From a virus, in UHGV virus genome UHGV-0206542: a stretch of DNA of 37,906 bases; one strand, written 5' to 3'. The translations under genes were made by a program, and so were the position numbers. Shown in pieces: positions 1-9,973 of this stretch (positions are counted from its first letter, which is position 1; every line of letters begins with the position of its first letter). The notes under the pieces were generated by a model. The model had not been told where the DNA came from, searched no databases, and saw only the letters and a program-made list of their open reading frames with translations.

Positions 1-249
1 ATGGATTTTCAATTCCTTCTATCTAAGAAGCTGCCCATGACAAGAAATTCACTCCCTCAACTTCCGCATGGTTATCGATACGGTGACGAGCAATCTATTC
101 ACCCTCATTGTGATGGGGATTATTTAGCTCCGCAGGGATATGTTATCAAGTCCGTTAACCTTGTAGATGGGGTGGTTATTTATGTGCCCATCCAACGCTA
201 CATCAAGCATCTAGATCTTTGGGTTAATGCCGAAGGAACTGTCGAATAA
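1..249 (+). CDS. hypothetical phage protein, 5'-truncated by the window edge
   Basis: Open frame running from the window start to a stop at 249. No recognisable motif. Confidence 0.3.
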   Translation: MDFQFLLSKKLPMTRNSLPQLPHGYRYGDEQSIHPHCDGDYLAPQGYVIKSVNLVDGVVIYVPIQRYIKHLDLWVNAEGTVE

Positions 250-520
250 ATTGTTAGTTACCGGCCTCGTTCGGGAGAGCTGAGAATTGCCATCAAAAGA
301 CCAGCAGAGATGCCTGGTGCTCTGGTTGAATGTTCCGGCAAGTTGAAAATGATTGGTTCAATGAGCTCTTTCGATATTTAAATGCTTTCGATAACTTAAA
401 TGAAGCTATCATCACGTTATCACTGCCAGCCAACACCAAAACGGCAGTGGTCAGTTTAAAAGCAGAAAAGCCTCTCCCGGGTGGCTCCTGAGAGATTTTA
501 GTTTTCTAACTGGTACCAAC

Positions 521-553
521 CAAAGGTCGCATTTTTTATGCGACCTTTTTATT
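521..553. terminator. bidirectional rho-independent terminator
   Basis: Hairpin aaaggtcgcat-ttttt-atgcgaccttt flanked by T/A runs on both sides. Confidence 0.5.
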
Positions 554-682
554 GTGCGTAACAGGCATCCGTAAGGAAACCGTTCAGCTTGTACACACGG
601 CAAAGATAAATGCAAAAGCATCACAGAGGCTATTTTGTCGAATGGCTTCGATAATACTCCCCACATCGCACAGAGGTAAGAC

Positions 683-928
683 ATGTCAGAGATCACTGCA
701 TCCGAGCAAATCCGCCTGGATATAATCAAGAAAGTTAATTATGACACCGCAGCGGCCAAGCTGGCCATTGACTGGGTAGGCGACAGCTATCTGAAGTCTG
801 AGCTATTCGCTGACTCTTTCGATCGTGTTTTCACGGAAAGTGAGATTGTCTCGAAGACCCGTAAGGCCATCCAGGAAGCGACCGAGGCGCTGGCGCTGTT
901 TGATACCGGCGCTGAGCAGGCCAGCTAA
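683..928 (+). CDS. hypothetical small phage protein
   Basis: 81-aa ORF with good RBS (agaggtaagacATG) and protein-like composition. Confidence 0.5.
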   Translation: MSEITASEQIRLDIIKKVNYDTAAAKLAIDWVGDSYLKSELFADSFDRVFTESEIVSKTRKAIQEATEALALFDTGAEQAS

Positions 929-1008
929 GGCATTACAGCAGGCATTCACTGAGTGCCTGTGATAATGCTGATCTATACTCACTATCAATGAGTAGGCGCG
1001 GAGAAGCT

Positions 1009-1194
1009 ATGAAATATTGTCCTGAATGCGGTTCAAATGATGTGGTGAAGGATAAGCAAAGAGGCGGTTGGACCGGTGATTATATTTGCGAGAACTGTGG
1101 ATTTAATAATGATCCTAGCGAGTTCTGGTCCGAGACTGAGTATAAGATGAGAAAGAGAGCGAAAAGCCTACCCGGCTATCGTAATAAAGAATGA
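1009..1194 (+). CDS. zinc-ribbon small protein
   Basis: CPECG...CENCG two CxxC pairs. RBS ggagaag precedes the ATG at 1009. The track ORF starts earlier, at 988. Followed by a terminator. Confidence 0.55.
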   Translation: MKYCPECGSNDVVKDKQRGGWTGDYICENCGFNNDPSEFWSETEYKMRKRAKSLPGYRNKE

Positions 1195-1195
1195 T

Positions 1196-1220
1196 AAACC
1201 CGCTTCGGCGGGTTTTTTTA
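1196..1220 (+). terminator. rho-independent terminator
   Basis: aaacccgcttcggcgggttttttta: GC hairpin with a T7 run. Confidence 0.7.
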
Positions 1221-1251
1221 TGATATCTCATAGGTACTGGAATAATTTCAC

Positions 1252-1593
1252 ATGAACAAAGATCCCCGTATCTACGGCAGCAAGTGGGACCGTGAGCGTC
1301 TTATCTTCCTTCGTGCGCACCCCTTGTGCGTCATGTGCCAGGAGCAAAGCAGGGTTACAGCAGCAACGGTGGTTGACCACATCATCCCGCACAAACTGAA
1401 AGAGGCTCTGCGCTGTGGTGACAGCCAGGAAATAGCGAAGGCGCAAAAGCTTTTCTGGAGCCGGAAGAACTGGCAAGGGCTGTGCAAGCAGCACCACGAC
1501 TCAACGAAGCAGCGAATGGAGAAGCGTGGCACTGTGATCGGCTGCGATGAAAATGGGATGCCACTGGACCCGGCTTCTCATTGGTTTAAGTGA
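1252..1593 (+). CDS. HNH homing-type endonuclease (packaging-associated)
   Basis: HNH-type Cys/His motif (CVMCQ...VDHIIPH...CKQHH). Classic position immediately upstream of a P27-type terminase small subunit. Confidence 0.85.
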   Translation: MNKDPRIYGSKWDRERLIFLRAHPLCVMCQEQSRVTAATVVDHIIPHKLKEALRCGDSQEIAKAQKLFWSRKNWQGLCKQHHDSTKQRMEKRGTVIGCDENGMPLDPASHWFK

Positions 1594-1776
1594 TAACCAT
1601 TATCAATACACCTCAAAAGTGATTGTCATTTGAAATCATTAGCATTCAAATGATATCGATTCTCATCTGAGGGGGGAGGGGCGGGTCAAAAGTTCAGAAC
1701 CTCGAACCCAAATGACCGCCGCCAGTCCTTTTTGTGCACAACCGCGAAATGAAAAGTTTTTTTCCGGGAGGTTCCG
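1594..1776. other. putative cos / terminase-recognition region
   Basis: Non-coding gap between HNH and TerS. Contains a 9-bp-arm palindrome tcatttgaa...ttcaaatga and the G-rich tract gaggggggaggggcggg. In HK97-like phages cos sits between HNH and terS. This is inference only. Confidence 0.3.
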
Positions 1777-2241
1777 ATGGCAGGACGACGCCCGAAACCG
1801 ACCCACCTCAAAGTGGTTACCGGCAACCCGGGCAAACGCAAACTTAACGACAAAGAACCATCGCCAGCGCGAGAAATACCAAGCCCTCCAGAGCACCTCA
1901 CTGACTGGGGAAAGGTGGCGTGGGGGAAGCTGACCGTGCTGCTGGATGGCATGGGCATTTTAACCATTGCCGATACGCTGGCGCTCGAACGACTCTGCGA
2001 TATTTACGCCGACATTCTGCAGCTTCGCCTGACTATTGCTGACGAGGGGCGAACTTACACCGTGCAGACCGAGGGCGGTTTTTTGATTAAGGCTAACCCG
2101 GCAGTAGCAATGTTGGCGGATGCAGATCGACGTTTTAAAAGTTACCTGGTTGAATTCGGTCTGACTCCGGCCGCCAGAACGAAGGTGAAAGTGGATGGTG
2201 GAGAAAAAGAAGAAGACCCGCTCAACCAGTTCTTCGGTTGA
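1777..2241 (+). CDS. terS: terminase small subunit (P27 family)
   Basis: N-terminus MAGRRPKPTHLKVVTGNPGKRKLN is typical of P27-family TerS. RBS gggagg. Overlaps the terL start. Confidence 0.85.
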   Translation: MAGRRPKPTHLKVVTGNPGKRKLNDKEPSPAREIPSPPEHLTDWGKVAWGKLTVLLDGMGILTIADTLALERLCDIYADILQLRLTIADEGRTYTVQTEGGFLIKANPAVAMLADADRRFKSYLVEFGLTPAARTKVKVDGGEKEEDPLNQFFG

Positions 2242-3937
2242 TCCCGCCACGCAATATGCACGGGATGTAGACTCCGGAAAAGAAATCGCCGGGCCTGATA
2301 TCAGAAACTCCTGTAAACGACATCTCAAAGATTTGGAATCCTGCCATGCTCGCGGGTTGGTATGGGATGTTGCAGCGGCGCAGCGCGCCATCGACTTTTT
2401 TGCCAAGGTACTGAAGCTCAACGGTGGTGAGCATGAAGGTAAACCCTTCAACCTGCTACCGTGGCAGTGCTTTATTGTAGGGTCGATATTCGGCTGGAAG
2501 AACTCGGATGGTTATCGTAGATTTCGCATGGTTTACGTTGAATCTGGTAAGGGTTCCGGCAAATCACCACTGGCTGGCGGAGTGGGGCTTTACTGTCTAA
2601 CAGCAGATAAGGAGCCTCGTGCCGAGATATATGCAGCAGCAACGAAAAAAGACCAGGCCATGATCCTTTTTCGTGATGCTGTCGCGATGGTGGATCAGTC
2701 CCCTGCGTTAGCACAGCGAATAAATAAATCAGGCGGTGCCGGGAAAGAGTGGAACCTTGCATTTCTTCAGACAGGCTCATTTTTCCGGCCTATCAGTTCG
2801 GATGATGGGCAGTCAGGGCCACGCCCACACTGTGCACTGATTGACGAAATTCACGAGCACAAAAACAACCAGGTTGTGGAAATGATGCGCGCCGGGACGA
2901 AAGGTCGTCGCCAGGCGTTGATTTTCATGATCACTAACAGCGGCCACGACAAAACCAGCGTCTGCTACGACTATCACGAGTATGGGCGTAAAGTTGCCGA
3001 AGGCTCGATTGAGGATGACAGTTTCTTTTCTTTCATTTGCTCCCTGGACGAAGGAGAAGACCCATTCAAGGACGAGTCCTGCTGGAAAAAAGCAAACCCC
3101 TCTCTTGGTCATACTTTTACCGATCGCTACCTGCGTGAGCAGGTTACTCAGGCTCGGGGGATGCCGTCGAAGGAAAGCATTGTTCGGCGGTTAAACTTCT
3201 GTCAGTGGGTGGATGCCGATAACCCATGGATGAGTAGCGATGTGTGGATGGGGTGCGAAGAGGACTTTGACCTGCAGGAGCTGCAGGGAGAAGAATGTTA
3301 TGGCGGCCTGGACCTTTCAGGAACTCGCGACCTTACGTCTCTGGCGCTCTTTTTCCCTAAAAAAAGAAAGCTGCTGGTGGAGTTCTGGACACCAAAAGAT
3401 ACTTTGCTGGATAGAGCGAAAACAGACCGCGTACCTTACGACGCATGGGAACGGGGAGGCCATATTCATACCACTCCCGGAAAGGCGGTGAAATATGGCT
3501 TTGTTGCTGAGCGCATTGCTGATCTTTCCATGTTGTTCGATATCAAGGCGATCGCCTTCGACCAGTACCGCATAAAATATCTTGAGCCGGAATTAGAGAG
3601 CGCTTCTGTATCAGTACCGCTGATACCTCACGGGCAGGGATACTACAAGGCGCAGGATTCCGGACTGTGGATGCCTCATTCCATCGAACTTTTTGAACAG
3701 ATGCTCGATGATGGCGTAATCATTATTAAAACAAACCCCTGCCTCCGATGGAACGCTGCTTCCGCCGTAACCGAAGCCGACCAAAAAGAAAACCGCATAT
3801 TCGCCAAGAAAAAGAGTACTGGTCGAATAGATGGTGTGGTTGCGTCGGCGATGGCAATTGGTGCTGCAGAAGGTTATGAGCCTGATGATGGCGATATAGA
3901 GGGCTTTTTTGACGATCCGATCATAGTGGGTATCTGA
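2195..3937 (+). CDS. terL: terminase large subunit
   Basis: 580 aa. Walker A-like VESGKGSGKS in the ATPase domain and a C-terminal nuclease domain. Sits between terS and portal. Confidence 0.9.
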   Translation: MVEKKKKTRSTSSSVDPATQYARDVDSGKEIAGPDIRNSCKRHLKDLESCHARGLVWDVAAAQRAIDFFAKVLKLNGGEHEGKPFNLLPWQCFIVGSIFGWKNSDGYRRFRMVYVESGKGSGKSPLAGGVGLYCLTADKEPRAEIYAAATKKDQAMILFRDAVAMVDQSPALAQRINKSGGAGKEWNLAFLQTGSFFRPISSDDGQSGPRPHCALIDEIHEHKNNQVVEMMRAGTKGRRQALIFMITNSGHDKTSVCYDYHEYGRKVAEGSIEDDSFFSFICSLDEGEDPFKDESCWKKANPSLGHTFTDRYLREQVTQARGMPSKESIVRRLNFCQWVDADNPWMSSDVWMGCEEDFDLQELQGEECYGGLDLSGTRDLTSLALFFPKKRKLLVEFWTPKDTLLDRAKTDRVPYDAWERGGHIHTTPGKAVKYGFVAERIADLSMLFDIKAIAFDQYRIKYLEPELESASVSVPLIPHGQGYYKAQDSGLWMPHSIELFEQMLDDGVIIIKTNPCLRWNAASAVTEADQKENRIFAKKKSTGRIDGVVASAMAIGAAEGYEPDDGDIEGFFDDPIIVGI

Positions 3938-5244
3938 TGGCTAAGAATAAACAGCAACCAGGGCGCGTTAAGAGCGCTCTTTTAAACTGGCTTGGTGTTC
4001 CCATAAGCCTGACGACCGGTGAATTCTGGCGGGAGTGGTACGGAACCAGCAGTAGCGGAAAAGTGGTTACCGCTGACAAAGTTATCCGGCTTTCTGCTGT
4101 CTGGGCGTGCGTAAGACTCTTAAGTGAGTCAGTTTCCACGCTTCCGCTTAAAATTTACGAGCGGCAGGCTGATGGATCGCGAAAGCTGGCCCAGAACAAT
4201 CCCGCCTACCAGATATTATGCAGGCGTCCTAACCCGGAAATGACCCCTTCCCGTTTCATGTTGATGATTGTGGCCAGTATTTGCCTGCGTGGTAATGCAT
4301 TTGTCGAGAAGCTATATATCGGCAGCAAATTGGTTTCGCTGGTGCCGTTACTTCCGCAGAATATGGTTGTAAAGCGACTCGATAGCGGGAAGTTACAGTA
4401 TACATACACGGAAAATAGCGTTAAGCGGATCATTTCAGTAGACCGGATGATGCATATCCGCGGATTTGGTCTTGATGGTGTGTGCGGGATGATGCCGACA
4501 ATGGCCGGGGTTGACGTTTTCGGCGCTGCTATGTCGGTTGATGAAGCCGCGGCAAAAATCTTCGAAAATGGCCTGCAAAGTACCGGTTTCCTGTCTTCAA
4601 AAACGGCGCTTAATAAGGAACAGCGAGAAAGATTGCGTCAAAACCTTCAGTCTTTTATTGGTTCTAAAAACGCCGGGAAACTGATGGTTCTGGAAAATGA
4701 ACTGACTTACCAGAATGTCACTATGAACCCGGAGGCCGCGCAACTCCTTGAAAGCCGTTCATTCAGTATTGAGGAAATTTGTCGCTGGTTTCGCGTACCG
4801 CCATTTATGGTCGGCCATACGACAAAACAATCCAGTTGGGCTTCGAGTCTTGAAGGGATGAACATGCTGTTCCTGACTCATACCCTGCGTCCTCTCCTGG
4901 TCAATATTGAGCAGGAAATATCGCGTTGTCTTCTGAACAGTGATGAGGACTTGTTTGCTGAGTTCTCCGTTGAAGGGCTTCTGCGCGCCGATAGCGCTGG
5001 TCGTGCTGCTTACTATACCAGCGCACTGCAGAATGGCTGGATGTCTCGCAATGACGTTCGCCGTCTTGAGAACATGCCGCCGATAGAAGGGGGCGATATT
5101 TACACCGTTCAGCTCAACCTGACGCAACTGAAAAATCTCGAAAGCAGCAACCCTGCCGTTCAGGCGCTGGCTTTGCGAGAGCTGCATAACCACGTATTCC
5201 CCGACATTTCCTTTGAACAATCTCCGCTGAAACAGGCCGCTTAG
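3937..5244 (+). CDS. portal protein (HK97 family)
   Basis: 435 aa. ATGA overlap with the terL stop. Position and size are typical of an HK97-type portal. Confidence 0.85.
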   Translation: MAKNKQQPGRVKSALLNWLGVPISLTTGEFWREWYGTSSSGKVVTADKVIRLSAVWACVRLLSESVSTLPLKIYERQADGSRKLAQNNPAYQILCRRPNPEMTPSRFMLMIVASICLRGNAFVEKLYIGSKLVSLVPLLPQNMVVKRLDSGKLQYTYTENSVKRIISVDRMMHIRGFGLDGVCGMMPTMAGVDVFGAAMSVDEAAAKIFENGLQSTGFLSSKTALNKEQRERLRQNLQSFIGSKNAGKLMVLENELTYQNVTMNPEAAQLLESRSFSIEEICRWFRVPPFMVGHTTKQSSWASSLEGMNMLFLTHTLRPLLVNIEQEISRCLLNSDEDLFAEFSVEGLLRADSAGRAAYYTSALQNGWMSRNDVRRLENMPPIEGGDIYTVQLNLTQLKNLESSNPAVQALALRELHNHVFPDISFEQSPLKQAA

Positions 5245-5257
5245 GAGCACTTTCCTG

Positions 5258-6106
5258 ATGAGCAAAAAACAACTTCCGGTGGCGCCGGCGGGTCGCCCCT
5301 GCGCGCGCGTTACCTGTGAAACATTACCGTCCGCACTGGACCGCTGGGACGGTGGGATCAAGGCGGCGACTACTGACGATAATACTATTTCTGTTTTTGA
5401 TGTTATAGGGCAGGACTACTGGGGTGAAGGGATAACAGCTAAACGTATTGCCGGTGCGCTTCGGGCGATGAACGGCGCAGATGTTACGGTGAATATCAAC
5501 TCGCCGGGTGGCGACATGTTCGAAGGTCTGGCTATTTATAACCTTCTCCGCGAATACGAAGGCCATGTAACGGTGAAGGTGCTGGGCATTGCCGCCAGTG
5601 CCGCCTCAATAATTGCGATGGCCGGGGATGATATTCAGATTGGCCGCGGTGCCTTTCTGATGATCCATAACTGCTGGTTGTACGCGATGGGAAACCGCCA
5701 TGACTTCGCTGAACTGGCGCAGTCACTGGAGCCATTCGATACCGCAATGGCTGATATTTACGCGGCGCGATCCGGCCTTGATATTGCCGCCGTTCAGAAA
5801 CTAATGGACGCCGAAAGTTATATCGGTGGCAGCGATGCTGTGGCGAAGGGACTGGCAGACAGCCTGCTTTCTGCTGATGCGGTCAGCGACGGCGACGAAT
5901 CACCTGCAGCTGCGCTTCGCAAACTTGATGCACTGCTGGCGAAAACAAATACCCCCCGGTCCGAGCGCCGGAAATTAATCAAAGCATTAACAGGTAACAC
6001 GCCGGGCGCTGTTACCGATCCCGATGGTAAGCCGGGCGCTGCCGAAGATATCAAACCTGAAACCCTCAATTCACTTGAAAGCGCTCTTGCGGCGTTAGTC
6101 AAATAA
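5258..6106 (+). CDS. prohead maturation protease (ClpP/S14-like)
   Basis: ClpP-like core INSPGGDMFEGLAIYN...GIAASAASIIAMAG...MIHN (Ser/His). Lies between portal and capsid. Confidence 0.85.
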   Translation: MSKKQLPVAPAGRPCARVTCETLPSALDRWDGGIKAATTDDNTISVFDVIGQDYWGEGITAKRIAGALRAMNGADVTVNINSPGGDMFEGLAIYNLLREYEGHVTVKVLGIAASAASIIAMAGDDIQIGRGAFLMIHNCWLYAMGNRHDFAELAQSLEPFDTAMADIYAARSGLDIAAVQKLMDAESYIGGSDAVAKGLADSLLSADAVSDGDESPAAALRKLDALLAKTNTPRSERRKLIKALTGNTPGAVTDPDGKPGAAEDIKPETLNSLESALAALVK

Positions 6107-6115
6107 GGACCATGT

Positions 6116-7333
6116 ATGTCTGATGTAAACGAGATTCTGAAAAAAGTCACCGCTTCCATTGAAGAAGCAACCGGCAAATTTAACGCCAAAGCGGAAGAAG
6201 CGCTGACTGAAGCGAAAAAGAACGGCAAATTGTCGGCGGAAACCAAAGAAACCGTGGACAAAATGGCGACTGAGTTTAATGCGCTGAAAGAAGCCGAAAA
6301 GACTCTTAAAGCAGCGCTGGGCGAACTGGAGCAGCATGTTGCACAGATGCCGCTGGCAAACGCAAAACAGGTTATTGAAACTGTCGGCCAGCAGGTTATC
6401 TCTGCTGAAGCCATTAAAGTTCTGTCGTCCAGCATCGAAGGGAACAAGCGTATTTCTGTTCCTGTAAAAGCTGCTCTGATTTCCAGTGACGTTCCTGATG
6501 GGGTTGTTGAACCACAACGACTGCCGGGTATTGATGTAGCGCCAAAGCAGCGGTTATTTATTCGCGATCTTATCGCGCCAGGCCGTACGGGTTCACCGGC
6601 CATTTTCTGGGTGCAGCAGACCGGCTTTACCAATGCTGCGGCAGCGGTACCGGAGAACACAACCAAGCCGTACAGCAATATTGAGTTCACGCCGAAAATC
6701 ACTCCAGTGACAACCATCGCGCACATGTTCAAGGCATCCAAGCAGATTCTGGACGACTTCGCCCAGTTGCAGTCCATGATTGATGCGGAAATGCGTTACG
6801 GCCTTAAGTACGTCGAAGAACAGGAGATTCTGTTTGGTGATGGCACTGGCGCTCACCTCCATGGCATCGTGCCGCAGGCCACGGCTTACAGCGCGGCATT
6901 TGCCGTTGAACAGCAGAACGGTATTGACGATCTGCGCCTGGCAATGCTTCAGGCTCAACTTGCCCGATTCCCTGCATCCGGTCACGTCCTGCACTTCATG
7001 GACTGGGCGAAAATCGAACTGACTAAAGACACCCTGGGGCGCTATATCCTGGCGAACCCGGCTGCGTTGACGGGGCCGACGCTGTGGGGGCTTCCGGTTG
7101 TCGCCACTGAAGCAGCAGCTTTCCAGGGCAAGTTCCTGACAGGTGCATTTAATGCTGCGGCACAGCTTTTCGACCGCGAAGACGCAAACGTTGTGATCTC
7201 GACGGAGAACGGCGACGACTTCGAGAAAAACATGATCTCTATTCGCTGTGAAGAGCGTCTGGCGTTAGCAGTAAAACGCCCTGAAGCATTTATTTATGGC
7301 TCCTTTACTGTGCCGGCTTCCGGCGGCCAGTAA
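6116..7333 (+). CDS. major capsid protein (HK97 fold) with N-terminal coiled-coil delta/scaffold domain
   Basis: 405 aa. N-terminal Ala/Glu/Lys-rich coiled coil followed by a capsid-like body. Position after the protease. Confidence 0.85.
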   Translation: MSDVNEILKKVTASIEEATGKFNAKAEEALTEAKKNGKLSAETKETVDKMATEFNALKEAEKTLKAALGELEQHVAQMPLANAKQVIETVGQQVISAEAIKVLSSSIEGNKRISVPVKAALISSDVPDGVVEPQRLPGIDVAPKQRLFIRDLIAPGRTGSPAIFWVQQTGFTNAAAAVPENTTKPYSNIEFTPKITPVTTIAHMFKASKQILDDFAQLQSMIDAEMRYGLKYVEEQEILFGDGTGAHLHGIVPQATAYSAAFAVEQQNGIDDLRLAMLQAQLARFPASGHVLHFMDWAKIELTKDTLGRYILANPAALTGPTLWGLPVVATEAAAFQGKFLTGAFNAAAQLFDREDANVVISTENGDDFEKNMISIRCEERLALAVKRPEAFIYGSFTVPASGGQ

Positions 7334-7375
7334 TTTTTCTGGCGGCCTCCGGGCCGCTATTTTCGGAGTAACACG

Positions 7376-7582
7376 ATGAAACTTATCGCGGTGAAACCAA
7401 TTTATTTTGGTGGGGTAGTGGTGACTGAAGGCGAGTCACTGGAGACGCTGGAACAGCATGGCCGTGAGTTGGTTCAAAAAGGTTATGCACGGCTGGTAGA
7501 TGTTGATAATTCTGCGCAGCCGGAACAGCCGGAACAGCCGGAACAGCCGGAAACTGTGCCAGAGAAGAAGGCTAAAAAATAA
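7376..7582 (+). CDS. small head-module protein with (QPE)4 repeat
   Basis: RBS ggagtaa. C-terminal QPEQPEQPEQPE encoded by a tandem 9-bp repeat. Confidence 0.5.
   Translation: MKLIAVKPIYFGGVVVTEGESLETLEQHGRELVQKGYARLVDVDNSAQPEQPEQPEQPETVPEKKAKK
7517..7552 (+). repeat. 4x tandem 9-bp repeat cagccggaa
   Basis: Directly visible perfect tandem copies inside the 7376..7582 CDS. Confidence 0.9.
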
Positions 7583-7908
7583 TGTTAGAACTTGAAGTGG
7601 TTAAAAAGCACTGTCGCATTGAGCCTGACTTTACCGATGACGACTCACTATTGACCCTCTACATCGGAGCTGCTTCTCGTTACGTCGAAACATGGACTCG
7701 TCGCAAAATGTATGAGTCCGAAACCAGCGAGGGGTATGCAGATGATCCTGATTCAATTCTCCCTGGCGATGATGTGAAAGCAGCGATGCTTCTGCTTATC
7801 GGACACTGGTATGAGCACCGTGAAACCGTTGTTGTCGGCCAAACAGCGATAGAGGCTCCATTTGCCGTTGAGTCTCTTTTACAACCATACCGAATATATG
7901 GACTGTAG
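7582..7908 (+). CDS. head-tail connector (gp6-like)
   Basis: 108 aa. taATG overlap with the upstream gene. Typical size and position. Confidence 0.65.
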   Translation: MLELEVVKKHCRIEPDFTDDDSLLTLYIGAASRYVETWTRRKMYESETSEGYADDPDSILPGDDVKAAMLLLIGHWYEHRETVVVGQTAIEAPFAVESLLQPYRIYGL

Positions 7909-7977
7909 GGGGAAGTATGGCCTGTGAAGGGTGTCTCCGTCGGCGTGAATGGTTAAAAAAGTGGACGAAAATAGCCT

Positions 7978-8190
7978 ATGAACGAGCAACTGGTAAACGC
8001 GCTGATAGCAGCGCTGAGAGAACAAACAGCAGCACAGAGAGAGCAGACGGAAGCGATAAACCGCCTGGCTGAATCTAACGTCGCGCTGTCCGATGTAATT
8101 ATCCAGTCGCTGGCTGCAGATGACGATATTGATATCACTTCACTGGGTGATGATCGCCCCGTGTACCTGAGTCAAAGAACGAGGGGGTAA
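7978..8190 (+). CDS. hypothetical small structural-module protein
   Basis: 70-aa ORF with coiled-coil-like composition, ending 2 nt before the next gene. Confidence 0.45.
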   Translation: MNEQLVNALIAALREQTAAQREQTEAINRLAESNVALSDVIIQSLAADDDIDITSLGDDRPVYLSQRTRG

Positions 8191-8191
8191 T

Positions 8192-8524
8192 ATGCAGGCC
8201 GGGAAATTGCGTCACAGGATAACCCTGCAGGAGCCGGTAAAAGAACAGAACCCGACAACGGGAGGCGTGATTAATACCTGGCGCGATGTCGCAACCCTTT
8301 GGGCCGAAGTCGCTGCTTTATCCGCACGTGAGTTTATCGCCGCACAGGCCTCTCAGGGCGAAGTTACCACCCGGATAACGATTCGTTACCGTGAGGGTGT
8401 TACCCGCAAACATCGGATCCTGTTTCGTGGCCGCATCTACAACATTGAGGGCGTTTTACCTGACCCCCGGAGCGGCAGGGAATACCTGACACTGCCATGT
8501 TCAGAGGGGGCTAACGATGGCTGA
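8192..8524 (+). CDS. head closure / head-tail adaptor protein
   Basis: RHRITLQ...ITIRYREGVT...RIYNIEGV pattern is typical of phage head-closure proteins. RBS gaggggg. Confidence 0.7.
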   Translation: MQAGKLRHRITLQEPVKEQNPTTGGVINTWRDVATLWAEVAALSAREFIAAQASQGEVTTRITIRYREGVTRKHRILFRGRIYNIEGVLPDPRSGREYLTLPCSEGANDG

Positions 8525-9056
8525 TGGCGTAGAAGTAAACCTGACTGGGCTCGATTCCGTCCTGGGGAAACTGGATGCCGTCTCACAGGTCACTCGCGAT
8601 AAATCCGGTCGTGCAGCGCTGCGTAAAGCGGCAAACGTGATCAGGGACAGAGCGCGCAATAATGCCGCGCGGGTTGATGACCCTCTCACCAAAGAGGCTA
8701 TCTACAAAAACATTGTGGTCAGTTTCAGCAGCAAGGCATTTCGCAGAACCGGCGATCCAACGTTTCGTGTCGGGGTGATGGGCGGCGCCAGGCAATACGC
8801 CAATACAAAGGCCAACGTCCGAAAAGGCAGGGCGGGTAAAAGTTATAACACTGCCGGAGATAAAGGTAATCCCGGCGGGGATACCTGGTACTGGCGATTC
8901 CTGGAGTTCGGCACAGAACATGCTGCAGCGAGGCCAATAATTAGGCCTGCACTGAATGGGGTCGATGCCGACGTGATTAACGTTTTTGCTTTGGAGCTGG
9001 AAAAGTCTATCGATCGCGCTGTGCGTCGAGCAGCTAAAAAAGGAACTCCGGTATGA
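8517..9056 (+). CDS. HK97 gp10-family tail-component protein
   Basis: 179 aa. N-terminal VNLTGLDSVLGKLD...RAALRKAANVIRDRARNNA resembles the HK97 gp10 family. Confidence 0.65.
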   Translation: MADGVEVNLTGLDSVLGKLDAVSQVTRDKSGRAALRKAANVIRDRARNNAARVDDPLTKEAIYKNIVVSFSSKAFRRTGDPTFRVGVMGGARQYANTKANVRKGRAGKSYNTAGDKGNPGGDTWYWRFLEFGTEHAAARPIIRPALNGVDADVINVFALELEKSIDRAVRRAAKKGTPV

Positions 9057-9418
9057 TTGCTCCAATATTTGCAGTTTGCGCAGCCAGCCAGGCAGTCAGG
9101 GATTTGTTAGGTTCTACTCCCGTGCGGCTTTATCCATTCGGTATGCAGGACGACAATATCGTTTATCCCTACGCAGTCTGGCAAAACGTAGGTGGCTTCC
9201 CTGAAAATTATCTAAACCAGCGGCCAGATGCAGATCACTATTCTCTGCAGGTTGATGTCTATGGTGATACTGACACCGATGTGATCGCCGTTGCCCGCGC
9301 TTTGCGTGACGCAATTGAGGGCAAGGCCTATATCACCCGATGGGGTGAACAAAGCCGCGATCCTGAAACAATGCGATACCGCTATTCCTTCGATGTTGAC
9401 TGGATAACGACCAGATAA
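9053..9418 (+). CDS. tail completion / tail terminator-like protein
   Basis: 121 aa, overlapping start, last gene before the major tail protein. Confidence 0.55.
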   Translation: MIAPIFAVCAASQAVRDLLGSTPVRLYPFGMQDDNIVYPYAVWQNVGGFPENYLNQRPDADHYSLQVDVYGDTDTDVIAVARALRDAIEGKAYITRWGEQSRDPETMRYRYSFDVDWITTR

Positions 9419-9436
9419 CCAACAACCCCAAACTGA

Positions 9437-9461
9437 CCCGCCTTGTGCGGGTTTTTCTTTT
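9437..9461 (+). terminator. rho-independent terminator
   Basis: cccgccttgtgcggg hairpin followed by tttttctttt. Confidence 0.65.
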
Positions 9462-9475
9462 ATGGAGACAAAACA

Positions 9476-9966
9476 TGTCTGTATTAACGCAAGGCACGCA
9501 GTTTTTTGTGCTCAAGTCTGGCGTGGTCAGCGAGGTTGAATGCATCACCAGTTTCAACCCCGGCGGGAACCCTGCCGATCAGATTGAAGATACCTGTCTG
9601 AGTGAGCGGGATTCCAGAACCTACAAAAAGGGGCTTAAAACGCCTGCGGCCGCAACCGTCGGGCTTAACGCTGATCCGACGAACGCCAGCCACATTATGT
9701 TGCATGGCCTCGCTGAAGCGAATGACCAGACGCCGTTAACTTTTGCGGTTGGCTGGTCAGATGGAACCAGTGTCCCGACAGCCGCCGCTCCTGGCGCTGA
9801 GGATGCTGTTGATGGCCTGGTGCTGCCATCGGATCGCACCTGGTTCATTTTCCAGGGTTACGTTTCTGACTTCCCGTTTGATTTTCAGGGTAACGCTGTT
9901 GTGACGACCTCCGCCACGATCCAGCGGTCTGGCTCTTCCGTATGGGTGCCTAAGGCCGCAGCGTAA
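9476..9966 (+). CDS. major tail protein
   Basis: RBS ggagacaaaacATG. ~163 aa. Position between the tail terminator and the chaperone. Terminator hairpins on both sides are consistent with high expression. Confidence 0.75.
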
Positions 9967-9973
9967 TTAATAT

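Noticed and set aside
1960-2451. 163-aa minus-strand ORF opposite terS/terL
   Set aside because: Antisense to two strongly supported genes. No RBS.
5818-6777. 319-aa minus-strand ORF antisense to the protease and capsid genes
   Set aside because: Ala/Ser-rich low-complexity translation typical of the antisense of a GC-rich coding region. The plus-strand genes have strong family signatures.
7917-8075. ~52-aa alternate-frame ORF with a strong RBS (gggggaag) starting at 7917 and overlapping the 7978 gene
   Set aside because: Its product (MACEGCLRRREW...) is Arg/Ser-rich and less protein-like than the in-track 70-aa ORF. It cannot be resolved without conservation data.
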